From a virus (Duplodnaviria; Heunggongvirae; Uroviricota; Caudoviricetes): a stretch of DNA of 24,422 nucleotides. Positions 7,858-14,654 of the stretch are shown one piece after another (positions within the stretch are counted from its first letter, which is position 1; the number at the start of each line of letters is the position of its first letter). The stretch is taken from IMG/VR virus record IMGVR_UViG_3300048865_000005, one strand, 5' to 3'. A program made the translations under genes and the position numbers. The notes under the pieces were generated by a model that had not been told where the DNA came from, did no database searches, and worked only from the letters and a program-made list of their open reading frames with translations.

Positions 7858-7899
7858 AATAAAAATAAGGCTACTAAGCAAGGAGGGAACTTAGCAGCC
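7858..7899 (-). terminator. Intrinsic terminator
   Basis: GGCTGCTAAG-11 nt loop-CTTAGTAGCC (10 bp, with a G-U pair only on the minus strand), followed by TTATTTTTATT. Confidence 0.75.
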
Positions 7900-8030
7900 T
7901 ATAATGTAAACTCATGGAAGAGGAGGAGGAGACACAAGTTTACAAAGACACACTCGGTTAGAGTGTTACGCACATTTGCTTGAATTTCTTCTTATTAGTG
8001 CGGGAGGGAGGAAACATTATTTTAAATCAG
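7860..8030 (-). ncRNA. Candidate ~170-nt sRNA with anti-SD pyrimidine tracts (ends approximate)
   Basis: Consensus promoter upstream, terminator downstream, three hairpins, three CCUCC-containing tracts, no convincing ORF. Confidence 0.6.
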
Positions 8031-8036
8031 AGAACC

Positions 8037-8065
8037 ATTATAGCACGAAAAGTCGAAATTGTCAA
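8037..8065 (-). promoter_or_regulatory. Sigma70 promoter TTGACA-17-TATAAT with extended -10 TG
   Basis: Perfect consensus hexamers at 8065-8060 and 8042-8037. Confidence 0.85.
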
Positions 8066-8091
8066 TACTTATAATTGACTTTTTAATAATT

Positions 8092-8256
8092 TTATGGGTT
8101 ATTTCTCTTAAAAGCGCTAACTTTTTCAGTTAGAGACTCAAAAGCATATTCGAATTTGAAATCTTCGCTTTCATCATCTGCTAGGAGAAAGAGAATGTCT
8201 TGATTACATTCGCAGATTAGTTCACCGCAATCTTCACAGTAGGTAAGTTGTTCCAT
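8092..8256 (-). CDS. Small Cys-motif acidic protein (54 aa), not in ORF track
   Basis: MEQLTYCEDCGELICECNQDILFLLADDESEDF...; downstream of promoter 8387-8414; no clear SD. Confidence 0.5.
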   Translation of the reverse strand: MEQLTYCEDCGELICECNQDILFLLADDESEDFKFEYAFESLTEKVSAFKRNNP

Positions 8257-8386
8257 TATGATAATATCTTATGGGCTTTATGGATCAGGAATCCAAGCCT
8301 TCTTATTGTTAGAAAATGAATTACTCATAACGAACAACGTTACTTAGTAAATCACACCGATCTCCTCTCTTTCAAAACATGCACCT

Positions 8387-8414
8387 ATTATACCACGTTT
8401 TTCCAAATTGTCAA
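8387..8414 (-). promoter_or_regulatory. Sigma70 promoter TTGACA-16-TATAAT with extended -10 TG
   Basis: Consensus hexamers at 8414-8409 and 8392-8387. Flanks resemble those of promoter 8037-8065. Confidence 0.8.
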
Positions 8415-8471
8415 TACTTGTAATCAGATATTTATGCTTTTGTCAAACTTTTTTTTGCCCACTCTACAGCT

Positions 8472-8732
8472 TTAACGACGATTTTCCAAACTACTCATTC
8501 TGTACTCCAACTCCTCTAATTCGTTAGTTAGCTGCTGGTTCGTCTCATACAGTGCCTCAAGTTGGGCAGTGTTTTGTAATGATATCTCCCGTTGCAACTC
8601 AGCATTTTTATCTTTTGCATACTGCAACTGAAAGCGAGTGGACTGATACAGGCTCCACAAGGCCCTATACTGAATAAGCAACTCCCCATAGACAGGGGAG
8701 GGTGTTGGTATTGGTTGATAGCTTATTTTCAT
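8472..8732 (-). CDS. Hypothetical coiled-coil protein (86 aa)
   Basis: ORF abutting the upstream gene; heptad-like C-terminus. Confidence 0.65.
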   Translation of the reverse strand: MKISYQPIPTPSPVYGELLIQYRALWSLYQSTRFQLQYAKDKNAELQREISLQNTAQLEALYETNQQLTNELEELEYRMSSLENRR

Positions 8733-9119
8733 TTACGCTCCATTAATAAATCCGAAGTGGTCTTTTAATACCTTGTTCATAATCTCCCATATGTGCGGAG
8801 ATTTTTCTTGCATCATCGCTAGTCCGGTTCCAATTCCCGCAGAAGGGAATACAATCACACGATCTAGGCGCTGCATGTAAAGCTTCCTGAGTACCTTCAG
8901 TACTTCTTCTTTTTCAGAGTCTTTATCTGAGAAGAAGGCCCAAGGAGCTATAGAAGGGTGTCGTTTGGTAGGTACACCGAAAGCGTTAGGTACGTCCCTG
9001 ATAACAGCTTGTCCTCTCTTTCCATAACGTTTCAGGTTATCTCCGAACACAAATAGCTTATCGGGGTGCTGTCTCAGTAGGGCTTCAGAATACAAACCTG
9101 CATAGACTTCGACTTGCAT
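8733..9119 (-). CDS. Phage protein with FVFGDN motif, probable macro-like domain (128 aa)
   Basis: LFVFGDN...G-x-RGQAVIRDVPNAFGVPTK...VFPSAGIGTGLA; the Gly-rich loops recall macrodomain ADP-ribose-binding loops. Confidence 0.55.
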   Translation of the reverse strand: MQVEVYAGLYSEALLRQHPDKLFVFGDNLKRYGKRGQAVIRDVPNAFGVPTKRHPSIAPWAFFSDKDSEKEEVLKVLRKLYMQRLDRVIVFPSAGIGTGLAMMQEKSPHIWEIMNKVLKDHFGFINGA

Positions 9120-9130
9120 AAAACTTCCTT

Positions 9131-9619
9131 TTAGAACGGCAGTTGATTTAGTTCTTCAGCCGTTGCCCTTCTGCTTAGAATGAAATCGTTCTTTATAGTG
9201 GGTTTTTGAGGGGTATTCTCGACGATCTCTTCAGAGTCGTCCGAACGTACCGCTTCATCAATCAAAACGTGTTTACCGTCGATTTCTTCCCACAACTTTA
9301 AATCTGCTACATCTGTGTATACCCAATGGTAGTAATTGCTGTATTTCTGCTTCTCTCCTGTCACAACACCGTGGGCTATTAGTTTTTTCATCATGGTAGC
9401 GATAGAGCGTATGTCTAGTCGTAAGGCATCCGCTATATCTTGCTGTTTGTCTCGGTGCTTCCAGCCCTTTTCAATGGTGAAGAATCTGTTACGACTCTTC
9501 ATAAACACATAAACAAGCTTTTCGTTGTTGTTTAGCTTTACAAACTCTCCTGTCACCGTCGATACGAAACCACCAGCCTTCGCAAGACTGTATGGGTACT
9601 GCATAAACCGTTCGCTCAT
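9131..9619 (-). CDS. Winged-helix DNA-binding protein, Rep-like (162 aa)
   Basis: KQQDIADALRLDIRSIATMMKKLIAHGVV HTH followed by a beta-wing (KQKYSNYYHWVY); GAGGAG SD. Confidence 0.6.
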   Translation of the reverse strand: MSERFMQYPYSLAKAGGFVSTVTGEFVKLNNNEKLVYVFMKSRNRFFTIEKGWKHRDKQQDIADALRLDIRSIATMMKKLIAHGVVTGEKQKYSNYYHWVYTDVADLKLWEEIDGKHVLIDEAVRSDDSEEIVENTPQKPTIKNDFILSRRATAEELNQLPF

Positions 9620-9640
9620 ACTCTCCTCATTTGTACATAC

Positions 9641-9883
9641 GAAAATATTTCATATGTGCATGTCTCTCTTACAGTCCTACGGACTCATACCAAAACCGAT
9701 CCGATCAGGATTCATACCAAATCAGACATTTGTTTATACCAATCCAAAACGCTCTTGCTCTTAAAGCTCTTAAAATCTGTATTACTATCTGTATAAATAT
9801 GTCTGTATTACTATTATGTAAATTTTTCATGTGTACACCGGAAAAGATTTCATATGTATATAGGAAATAATTTCATGTGTAAG
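9641..9883. repeat. Iteron-like direct repeats and nested short repeats
   Basis: Four ~20-mers with core TTTCATRTGT (9641-9660, 9818-9837, 9841-9860, 9864-9883; the last three at a 23-bp period). Also TYATACCAA x3, GCTCTT x3 and TCTGTATTACTAT x2. Confidence 0.75.
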
Positions 9884-9939
9884 CCTACTAAATGAGAATT
9901 TCTGCAAAAAGTCGGCCTTTTCTTCGATAGAATCTACCT

Positions 9940-9967
9940 ATGATACAGTTGAGTTACCAACTGTCAA
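9940..9967 (-). promoter_or_regulatory. Sigma70 promoter TTGACA-16-TATCAT with overlapping inverted repeat
   Basis: -35 at 9967-9962, -10 at 9945-9940; inverted repeat ACAGTTG-N6-CAACTGT at 9945-9964. Confidence 0.6.
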
Positions 9968-10009
9968 CCATGAAACGATAAAAAGCCTGAATATTTTACT
10001 AGAAACAGC

Positions 10010-10037
10010 TTGCATTATCTGAAATGCGTGGTATTCT
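10010..10037 (+). promoter_or_regulatory. Sigma70 promoter TTGCAT-16-TATTCT with extended -10 TG
   Basis: Immediately upstream of the GGGAG SD of the first rightward gene. Confidence 0.55.
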
Positions 10038-10061
10038 AATATCTCTTTGGGAGTAAACAAA

Positions 10062-10673
10062 ATGTCTACAATTTTGAATAATACGGTAACAGGGGAGAGT
10101 ATGCAGGGATTTGGAATTGAAATGGTGAGCATGTTAACGAAGGCTCAAGCCTTCTGTATCGCGGCTCATAGCGCAATAGGACAGGTACGCAAATACTCAG
10201 GTGAACCATATTGGCTGCATCCTTGGGAGGTGGCTCAGATCGTGTATGAGCATTCAAGCGGAAGCAACGCAGGCATGTTATGTGCTGCATTCTTGCATGA
10301 TGTGGTTGAAGATACTCAGGTAAATATTTCTACAATTGAAGAGCAATTTGGGCCGTATGTAGCCAGTCTGGTAGCTGACCTTACGGACGTTTCGAAGCCT
10401 GAAGATGGGAATCGAGCAACACGTAAAGGGATTGACCGTGAGCACACAGCTAACGCAAGCCCCGATGCTAAGACGATTAAGCTCGCAGATTTAATTTCTA
10501 ATACGAAAGATATCCTGACTAATGATTTGGAGTTTGCTCGTGTGTATATCCCTGAAAAGCGAGCACTTCTAGAAGTGCTAAAAGAAGGTGATCCAGCGTT
10601 GTATGAAATGGCGAATGCCTTAGTAACAGAGGCAGAAAAGATTTTGAAGGAATTGGAGGTAGTATCGGCTTGA
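10062..10673 (+). CDS. HD-domain protein, small alarmone hydrolase (RelA/SpoT/Mesh1-like)
   Basis: AH..Q-x-RKYSGEPYWLHP, FLHDVVEDT, LVADLTD and KLADLISN motifs. Start revised to ATG 10062 after GGGAG. Confidence 0.85.
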   Translation: MSTILNNTVTGESMQGFGIEMVSMLTKAQAFCIAAHSAIGQVRKYSGEPYWLHPWEVAQIVYEHSSGSNAGMLCAAFLHDVVEDTQVNISTIEEQFGPYVASLVADLTDVSKPEDGNRATRKGIDREHTANASPDAKTIKLADLISNTKDILTNDLEFARVYIPEKRALLEVLKEGDPALYEMANALVTEAEKILKELEVVSA

Positions 10674-10888
10674 TTATTATTGGTGCTTTTGCAGTGTTGG
10701 TATATTTGATGTGTGGTAGCGGCTTCTATTTCGACGTGATTGGTCGAATTAAGTTTGAAAAGATCATGGACTATGAAGAGTGTCCAAGGTTTTATCAAAC
10801 TGCTACCGCGTTTGTTTCCCTGTTTTGGCCTTTGTTTGTAGTGTATGGGCTTGTAAGTAACAATTTTAAGAAGAAGGTGAGCGTATGA
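10670..10888 (+). CDS. Hypothetical membrane protein (72 aa)
   Basis: Two hydrophobic segments; ATGA-type overlap. Confidence 0.7.
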   Translation: MIIIGAFAVLVYLMCGSGFYFDVIGRIKFEKIMDYEECPRFYQTATAFVSLFWPLFVVYGLVSNNFKKKVSV

Positions 10889-11181
10889 AGAAGATGATTA
10901 GCACGAACCATGTGCATGTATTTGTAGAGCAAATTCTAGAAGCTGTAGCTGAAGGGTACAGCGTAGATTTCTCCCCAACACATTACCCGCGTCGAAATGG
11001 TTCTGCCTTGGTTTGCTACGTGGAGCTAATCAAACGCTTCACTAAAGAGGAATTAGAGGGTATGGAGTGGGAGAAGTTGAAGGAGACAGCCCAAGAGTTA
11101 GATTGCGGTACTCATCGGAGCCGTGATGTGCTGGTGAAGAGGATTCTTGATAAGCAGGAGGGTAAGGAGACTATAGAGTGA
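10885..11181 (+). CDS. Hypothetical protein (98 aa)
   Basis: Overlapping start/stop and an AAGGTGA SD. Confidence 0.7.
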   Translation: MKKMISTNHVHVFVEQILEAVAEGYSVDFSPTHYPRRNGSALVCYVELIKRFTKEELEGMEWEKLKETAQELDCGTHRSRDVLVKRILDKQEGKETIE

Positions 11182-11381
11182 AAATTAACGAGCTAATCGG
11201 TCATCTTCTAGTTGTTCTACTGAAGGAAGGTGATATTGAAGTAGTCTCTGCGAAAGATGCAGAGGGTAATGGCTACGATACTGTTCGTGGTGCAGATTTA
11301 GTATATATATGTTCAGATATGGAAACGGTATTTGACAATAAAGAGCCTGATACTAGCCCCGTTGCTTTGATTTTTCTATGA
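11178..11381 (+). CDS. Hypothetical phage protein with DAEGNGY motif (67 aa)
   Basis: AAGGAG SD; GTGA overlap. Confidence 0.7.
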   Translation: MKINELIGHLLVVLLKEGDIEVVSAKDAEGNGYDTVRGADLVYICSDMETVFDNKEPDTSPVALIFL

Positions 11382-11390
11382 GGAGTTGGA

Positions 11391-11609
11391 ATGCAAGTAA
11401 TTTCTGGTAAGAAAGAGTTTACGCCCGTAACTATTACTCTTGAGTCTCAAGAAGAGGTTGATGTTTTGTATGCTATGGCGGGAAGCGTTAAAGGGATCGG
11501 CAGAACACGCCAAATCACTAATATAATGTACGCTCTTCTTGAGGATTTTGTGGTAGATGATGCTTCGACACTGGAATTGTTCGAAGGTCAACTTAGTGCG
11601 AAGTATTAA
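11391..11609 (+). CDS. Hypothetical protein (72 aa)
   Basis: GAGGAG SD. Confidence 0.7.
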   Translation: MQVISGKKEFTPVTITLESQEEVDVLYAMAGSVKGIGRTRQITNIMYALLEDFVVDDASTLELFEGQLSAKY

Positions 11610-11610
11610 T

Positions 11611-11760
11611 ATGAAGTTTGGACAGTTCTATAGCGAAGTTTTATCTCTTGCTGTGCTCCTCGGGTATAGTCAAAGTCAAGTAGCTAAGTTTGAAAGCGAA
11701 ATATATATCTGCTTTGAAGAAGGTATGTCGGCTGAACATTGTGTAACAGAAGTGTTTTAA
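11611..11760 (+). CDS. Hypothetical protein (49 aa)
   Basis: Start revised to the ATG just after the upstream stop (MKFGQFYSEV...). Confidence 0.55.
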   Translation: MKFGQFYSEVLSLAVLLGYSQSQVAKFESEIYICFEEGMSAEHCVTEVF

Positions 11761-11768
11761 GGAGCGAT

Positions 11769-11984
11769 ATGGAAGATTTTATTTCTGGTTTACTGATAGG
11801 TGCGATCATTGCTGTAGGCATAGCGTTAGGGCTATCTAACTATACGATCCGTCCAGACGATATAGTAAAAGTATCTACGAAATGTGAGCGAAATGGCGGA
11901 CTAAGGGAGGCACTTATCACAGGCACTGGATACTATAAGATTAGCTGTGCAGACGGTGCAGGCTTCTCGATTGGTAAAGGGTAA
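11769..11984 (+). CDS. Hypothetical membrane-anchored protein (71 aa)
   Basis: AAGGAG SD; N-terminal hydrophobic helix; two Cys. Confidence 0.65.
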   Translation: MEDFISGLLIGAIIAVGIALGLSNYTIRPDDIVKVSTKCERNGGLREALITGTGYYKISCADGAGFSIGKG

Positions 11985-12280
11985 TGCTGGATAACGTAAT
12001 TCATGGGCTATTCACGCTAGGCAAAGGGCTTCTAATTCCTGCTCTGCTGGGAATCGTGGCGTGGTGCCTCACATACCCAATAGGGTATTACGGCTGTTCG
12101 TCCTACGCCCAAGCCAAAGAATTTTCTTTTTGGCGTTATCGTTACTTTGAGTGCTATTTACAGGCAAAAGACGGTATTTGGTACACTAAGCAAGAATATG
12201 TGTCAAGTCAAATAGGCGTTAAAGTTAACGTTTTACATGAAAATAACGTTGCAGAAATTACTAGGCTCGGAGAAAAATGA
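11984..12280 (+). CDS. Hypothetical membrane protein (98 aa)
   Basis: TAATG overlap; N-terminal TM segment. Confidence 0.65.
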   Translation: MLDNVIHGLFTLGKGLLIPALLGIVAWCLTYPIGYYGCSSYAQAKEFSFWRYRYFECYLQAKDGIWYTKQEYVSSQIGVKVNVLHENNVAEITRLGEK

Positions 12281-12309
12281 TTGGATGGATAATTTTTTTA
12301 ATTTTCCTA

Positions 12310-12338
12310 TGGACATTAAAGCTTAACTTCACTACAAT
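12310..12338 (+). promoter_or_regulatory. Sigma70 promoter TGGACA-17-TACAAT
   Basis: 5/6 and 5/6 matches in an intergenic gap. Confidence 0.6.
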
Positions 12339-12404
12339 TCTCGGCTACGACAGCGAATTATTCGAACAATTTATTCGTGATTTTGAAGTAAAGGATAATC
12401 GGTA

Positions 12405-12776
12405 ATGGCTACAGCAGACTACGAATTCGATCTCTATGTTGCAAACAAGCTACGGTCAAAGGCAGATAACGCTAAAGCTCGTGGTATTGAGTTCAAGATG
12501 ACTTTCCAATCGATGAAGAACCTCCTGAAAGCAAAACACTGTTACTACACAGGTGTGAAGCTAACGAAGGCTGGGGAGGGTAAGCAGCGTCCGTCAGATA
12601 TGACAATTGATCGAATTGATCCAAACAAAGGATATGTGACGGGAAACGTAGTCGCTTGCTGTTTTGGTTTTAATCAACTAAAGAGCCAAGTAGAGCACGG
12701 AGGCGTAGACGCGGTAGTCTTAATAAGTAAGGCGTTTTTGAAGGCATCAAAAAGAATGGCTTCGTCGTGCCCGTAA
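12405..12776 (+). CDS. HNH-like (beta-beta-alpha-Me) endonuclease (123 aa)
   Basis: CYYTG...TIDRIDPNKGYVTGNVVACC-x-x-FNQLK pattern. Confidence 0.7.
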   Translation: MATADYEFDLYVANKLRSKADNAKARGIEFKMTFQSMKNLLKAKHCYYTGVKLTKAGEGKQRPSDMTIDRIDPNKGYVTGNVVACCFGFNQLKSQVEHGGVDAVVLISKAFLKASKRMASSCP

Positions 12777-12817
12777 GAAAAATCTCAACTTTTTTGAAAC
12801 ATTTTCAGGTGAATAAG

Positions 12818-12961
12818 ATGAAAGACATAATTTGGTTCGTTCCGCCATTGCTGTGCTTCTCGGCAGCTATCTATTTGTTGGCTACAGGCGTAACTACTGG
12901 CTGGGGATGGTTACTGCTTATTGGTTGCCTTACTTCTCCTGTCAATCGTGGAGTTAAGTAA
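12818..12961 (+). CDS. Small membrane protein (47 aa)
   Basis: Start revised to ATG after AGGTGA; two short hydrophobic segments. Confidence 0.55.
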   Translation: MKDIIWFVPPLLCFSAAIYLLATGVTTGWGWLLLIGCLTSPVNRGVK

Positions 12962-12962
12962 G

Positions 12963-13250
12963 ATGCCTATTTCAAAGAGAGAGGTTGAAGTAAAAACTAC
13001 ACGTATCAATTTCCAAGATACTCATGGTGAAGAATTTCACGAACCAAGTAAGTTCTTCGTTCGTGACGGACTAGGAGACCATGTTTATTTTCACTGCCGT
13101 ACTCGTGATGCTGCTCAAGCCGCCTGTGATGAGATGTACGGAAAGGGTAAATATCTGATTCGTACTACAGCAACAATTAAACCTCGTGGCGACGTATCTG
13201 CACGCGGGACAAATAGTCGAAAAGGTTTCACTTATCTAAAGAAGCGTTAA
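12963..13250 (+). CDS. Hypothetical phage protein (95 aa)
   Basis: Start revised to MPISKRE after GGAG; AQAACDEMYGKGKY motif. Confidence 0.7.
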   Translation: MPISKREVEVKTTRINFQDTHGEEFHEPSKFFVRDGLGDHVYFHCRTRDAAQAACDEMYGKGKYLIRTTATIKPRGDVSARGTNSRKGFTYLKKR

Positions 13251-13253
13251 TAG

Positions 13254-13481
13254 ATGACTTATACAACGTTTGGTTTGCTTTGGTATTTAACAGGTGTAGC
13301 AACTATTATCTTCAACACTATTGTCTTTTATGGTCGTGTGACCGTGGACGATATTGTTAAAGCGTTAGTGTTAGGGTTTCTTGGTTTCTTCACTCTTGTT
13401 GTCAGTGTCTTTGCTTGGACAATGTTCTTTCTTGATAAGCATAGTGATAAGGTTATCTACGAACGGAAGAAGAAAGAATGA
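13254..13481 (+). CDS. Hypothetical membrane protein (75 aa)
   Basis: Two TM-like segments. Confidence 0.7.
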   Translation: MTYTTFGLLWYLTGVATIIFNTIVFYGRVTVDDIVKALVLGFLGFFTLVVSVFAWTMFFLDKHSDKVIYERKKKE

Positions 13482-13891
13482 AGTTCAAAGAAGTTGAAAC
13501 TTACATGGATTTTGCACGGAGAGTAGCAGAGAACTCCCATGCAAAGCGGCAAAAAGTAGGGGCTTGCCTTGTTACTCCTGATGATGTGATTTTTATCGGG
13601 TATAACGGGACACCTACAGGCTTTGACAATACTTGCGAAGACTCTGACGGTAATACGCTTCCTTACGTTCTACATGCTGAGTCAAATGCAATCATGAAAG
13701 CTACTCGTGCTGGTGTATCCCTGAAAGATAGCACCCTCACTGTGACGCTTTCACCCTGCCAGCCTTGTGCAAATTTAATCAAGCAGGCCGGTATAAAACG
13801 GGTTATCTACGATAAGGAATACAGAGACACTTCGCCGATTGATTTTCTAAAGGCTTGTGGAATTCAAGTAGTCAAAGAGGCGGAAGATTGA
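13478..13891 (+). CDS. dCMP deaminase (137 aa)
   Basis: KVGAC, GYNG, HAESNAI and SPCQPC zinc-deaminase motifs. Confidence 0.92.
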   Translation: MKFKEVETYMDFARRVAENSHAKRQKVGACLVTPDDVIFIGYNGTPTGFDNTCEDSDGNTLPYVLHAESNAIMKATRAGVSLKDSTLTVTLSPCQPCANLIKQAGIKRVIYDKEYRDTSPIDFLKACGIQVVKEAED

Positions 13892-14082
13892 AGTTAAGAG
13901 GGAAAAGAAAGAAATACGGTAGGTGTGTATGTAGTGGGCACGGTCAAGATTACGGAATAAGTAAAGAGATTCAATCAATACCAGTTACACGTCAATTCGA
14001 AAAGCAAGAAGCGTTCAGAGAGCTTTGCGAAGAAGCTTTTGATATTCCAATAGGCAGTAATCAAATTAATTGCAAAGTATAA
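13888..14082 (+). CDS. Hypothetical protein (64 aa)
   Basis: TTG start overlapping the upstream TGA; basic N-terminus with C-x-C-x-x-H. Confidence 0.45.
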   Translation: MKLRGKRKKYGRCVCSGHGQDYGISKEIQSIPVTRQFEKQEAFRELCEEAFDIPIGSNQINCKV

Positions 14083-14237
14083 CTCATTATCCACGAGGCG
14101 AGATTTGTTTGTCCTGTATTCACCTTCGTGATAATTGCTCTCATCTTCCTTTTAATACTTATCGTGTTATTGGGACTGATAAGACTACAGGACTTAAAGA
14201 AGTTAAATGCGAACAGTTCGATAGAGGAGAAAACTAA
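14070..14237 (+). CDS. Small Cys-rich phage protein (55 aa), not in ORF track
   Basis: TTG start; MQSITHYPRGEICLSCIHLRDNCSHLPF...VKCEQFDRGEN fills the gap exactly up to the next ATG. Confidence 0.6.
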   Translation: MQSITHYPRGEICLSCIHLRDNCSHLPFNTYRVIGTDKTTGLKEVKCEQFDRGEN

Positions 14238-14654
14238 ATGCAGACAGTATCAGTTCAATACAGAGCGACAGTAGAAGAGCAACAAGACACTTACTTGGTT
14301 CAACTGCAAAGCCTTCTAGGTTTCATGGAAGAGCTAGGCTATACCTTAAACGAGAAGTACAGCTTTGAACGTTTTGATATGGATTATAACGGACGTTCTG
14401 AGTTTGACGTAGTTTCATTCCAAACAGCAGTTAACCTACATAACACTCTTTGGTTTCGTCAAGGTTGGAAACTTTCCAATTTCCAACACAAATTCTTCAC
14501 GGTCGATGCTTTTACATTCAAACAGGCTCAAGCAAAAAGGATTGTTAAAGTAGTTAAGCTCCAATTGAACAAGAAGAAAAAACAACTTCAGGTTCAAAAT
14601 AACATGGTGAAGTTCGTCGATCCGGCTTATGAGATGATCTGGTTGGGTGTCTGA
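14238..14654 (+). CDS. Hypothetical phage protein (138 aa)
   Basis: GAGGAG SD. Confidence 0.75.
   Translation: MQTVSVQYRATVEEQQDTYLVQLQSLLGFMEELGYTLNEKYSFERFDMDYNGRSEFDVVSFQTAVNLHNTLWFRQGWKLSNFQHKFFTVDAFTFKQAQAKRIVKVVKLQLNKKKKQLQVQNNMVKFVDPAYEMIWLGV

Noticed and set aside
7869-8014. Plus-strand CsrB/RsmZ-like RNA with GGA loops
   Set aside because: On the plus strand the stems contain A-C mismatches, the TATAAT at 7900-7905 has no -35 or extended -10, and there is no terminator. Promoter, G-U pairs and U tail all favour the minus strand.
8344-8370. Strong SD (GAGAGGAG) followed by the 3-codon mini-ORF GTG ATT TAC TAA on the minus strand
   Set aside because: Too short to support. It could be a decayed gene start or a ribosome-loading site, but the sequence alone cannot distinguish these from chance.
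8441-8446. Additional TTGACA on the minus strand
   Set aside because: No acceptable -10 hexamer at 16-18 bp spacing.
9641-9883. CRISPR mini-array interpretation of the repeats
   Set aside because: Repeats are nearly abutting (about 3-nt gaps), with no spacer-sized unique sequences and no cas genes.
9525-10132. ORFs 9525-9764, 9631-9870 and 9938-10132 across the repeat/promoter junction
   Set aside because: They run through repeats and promoters, lack SDs, and have atypical composition.
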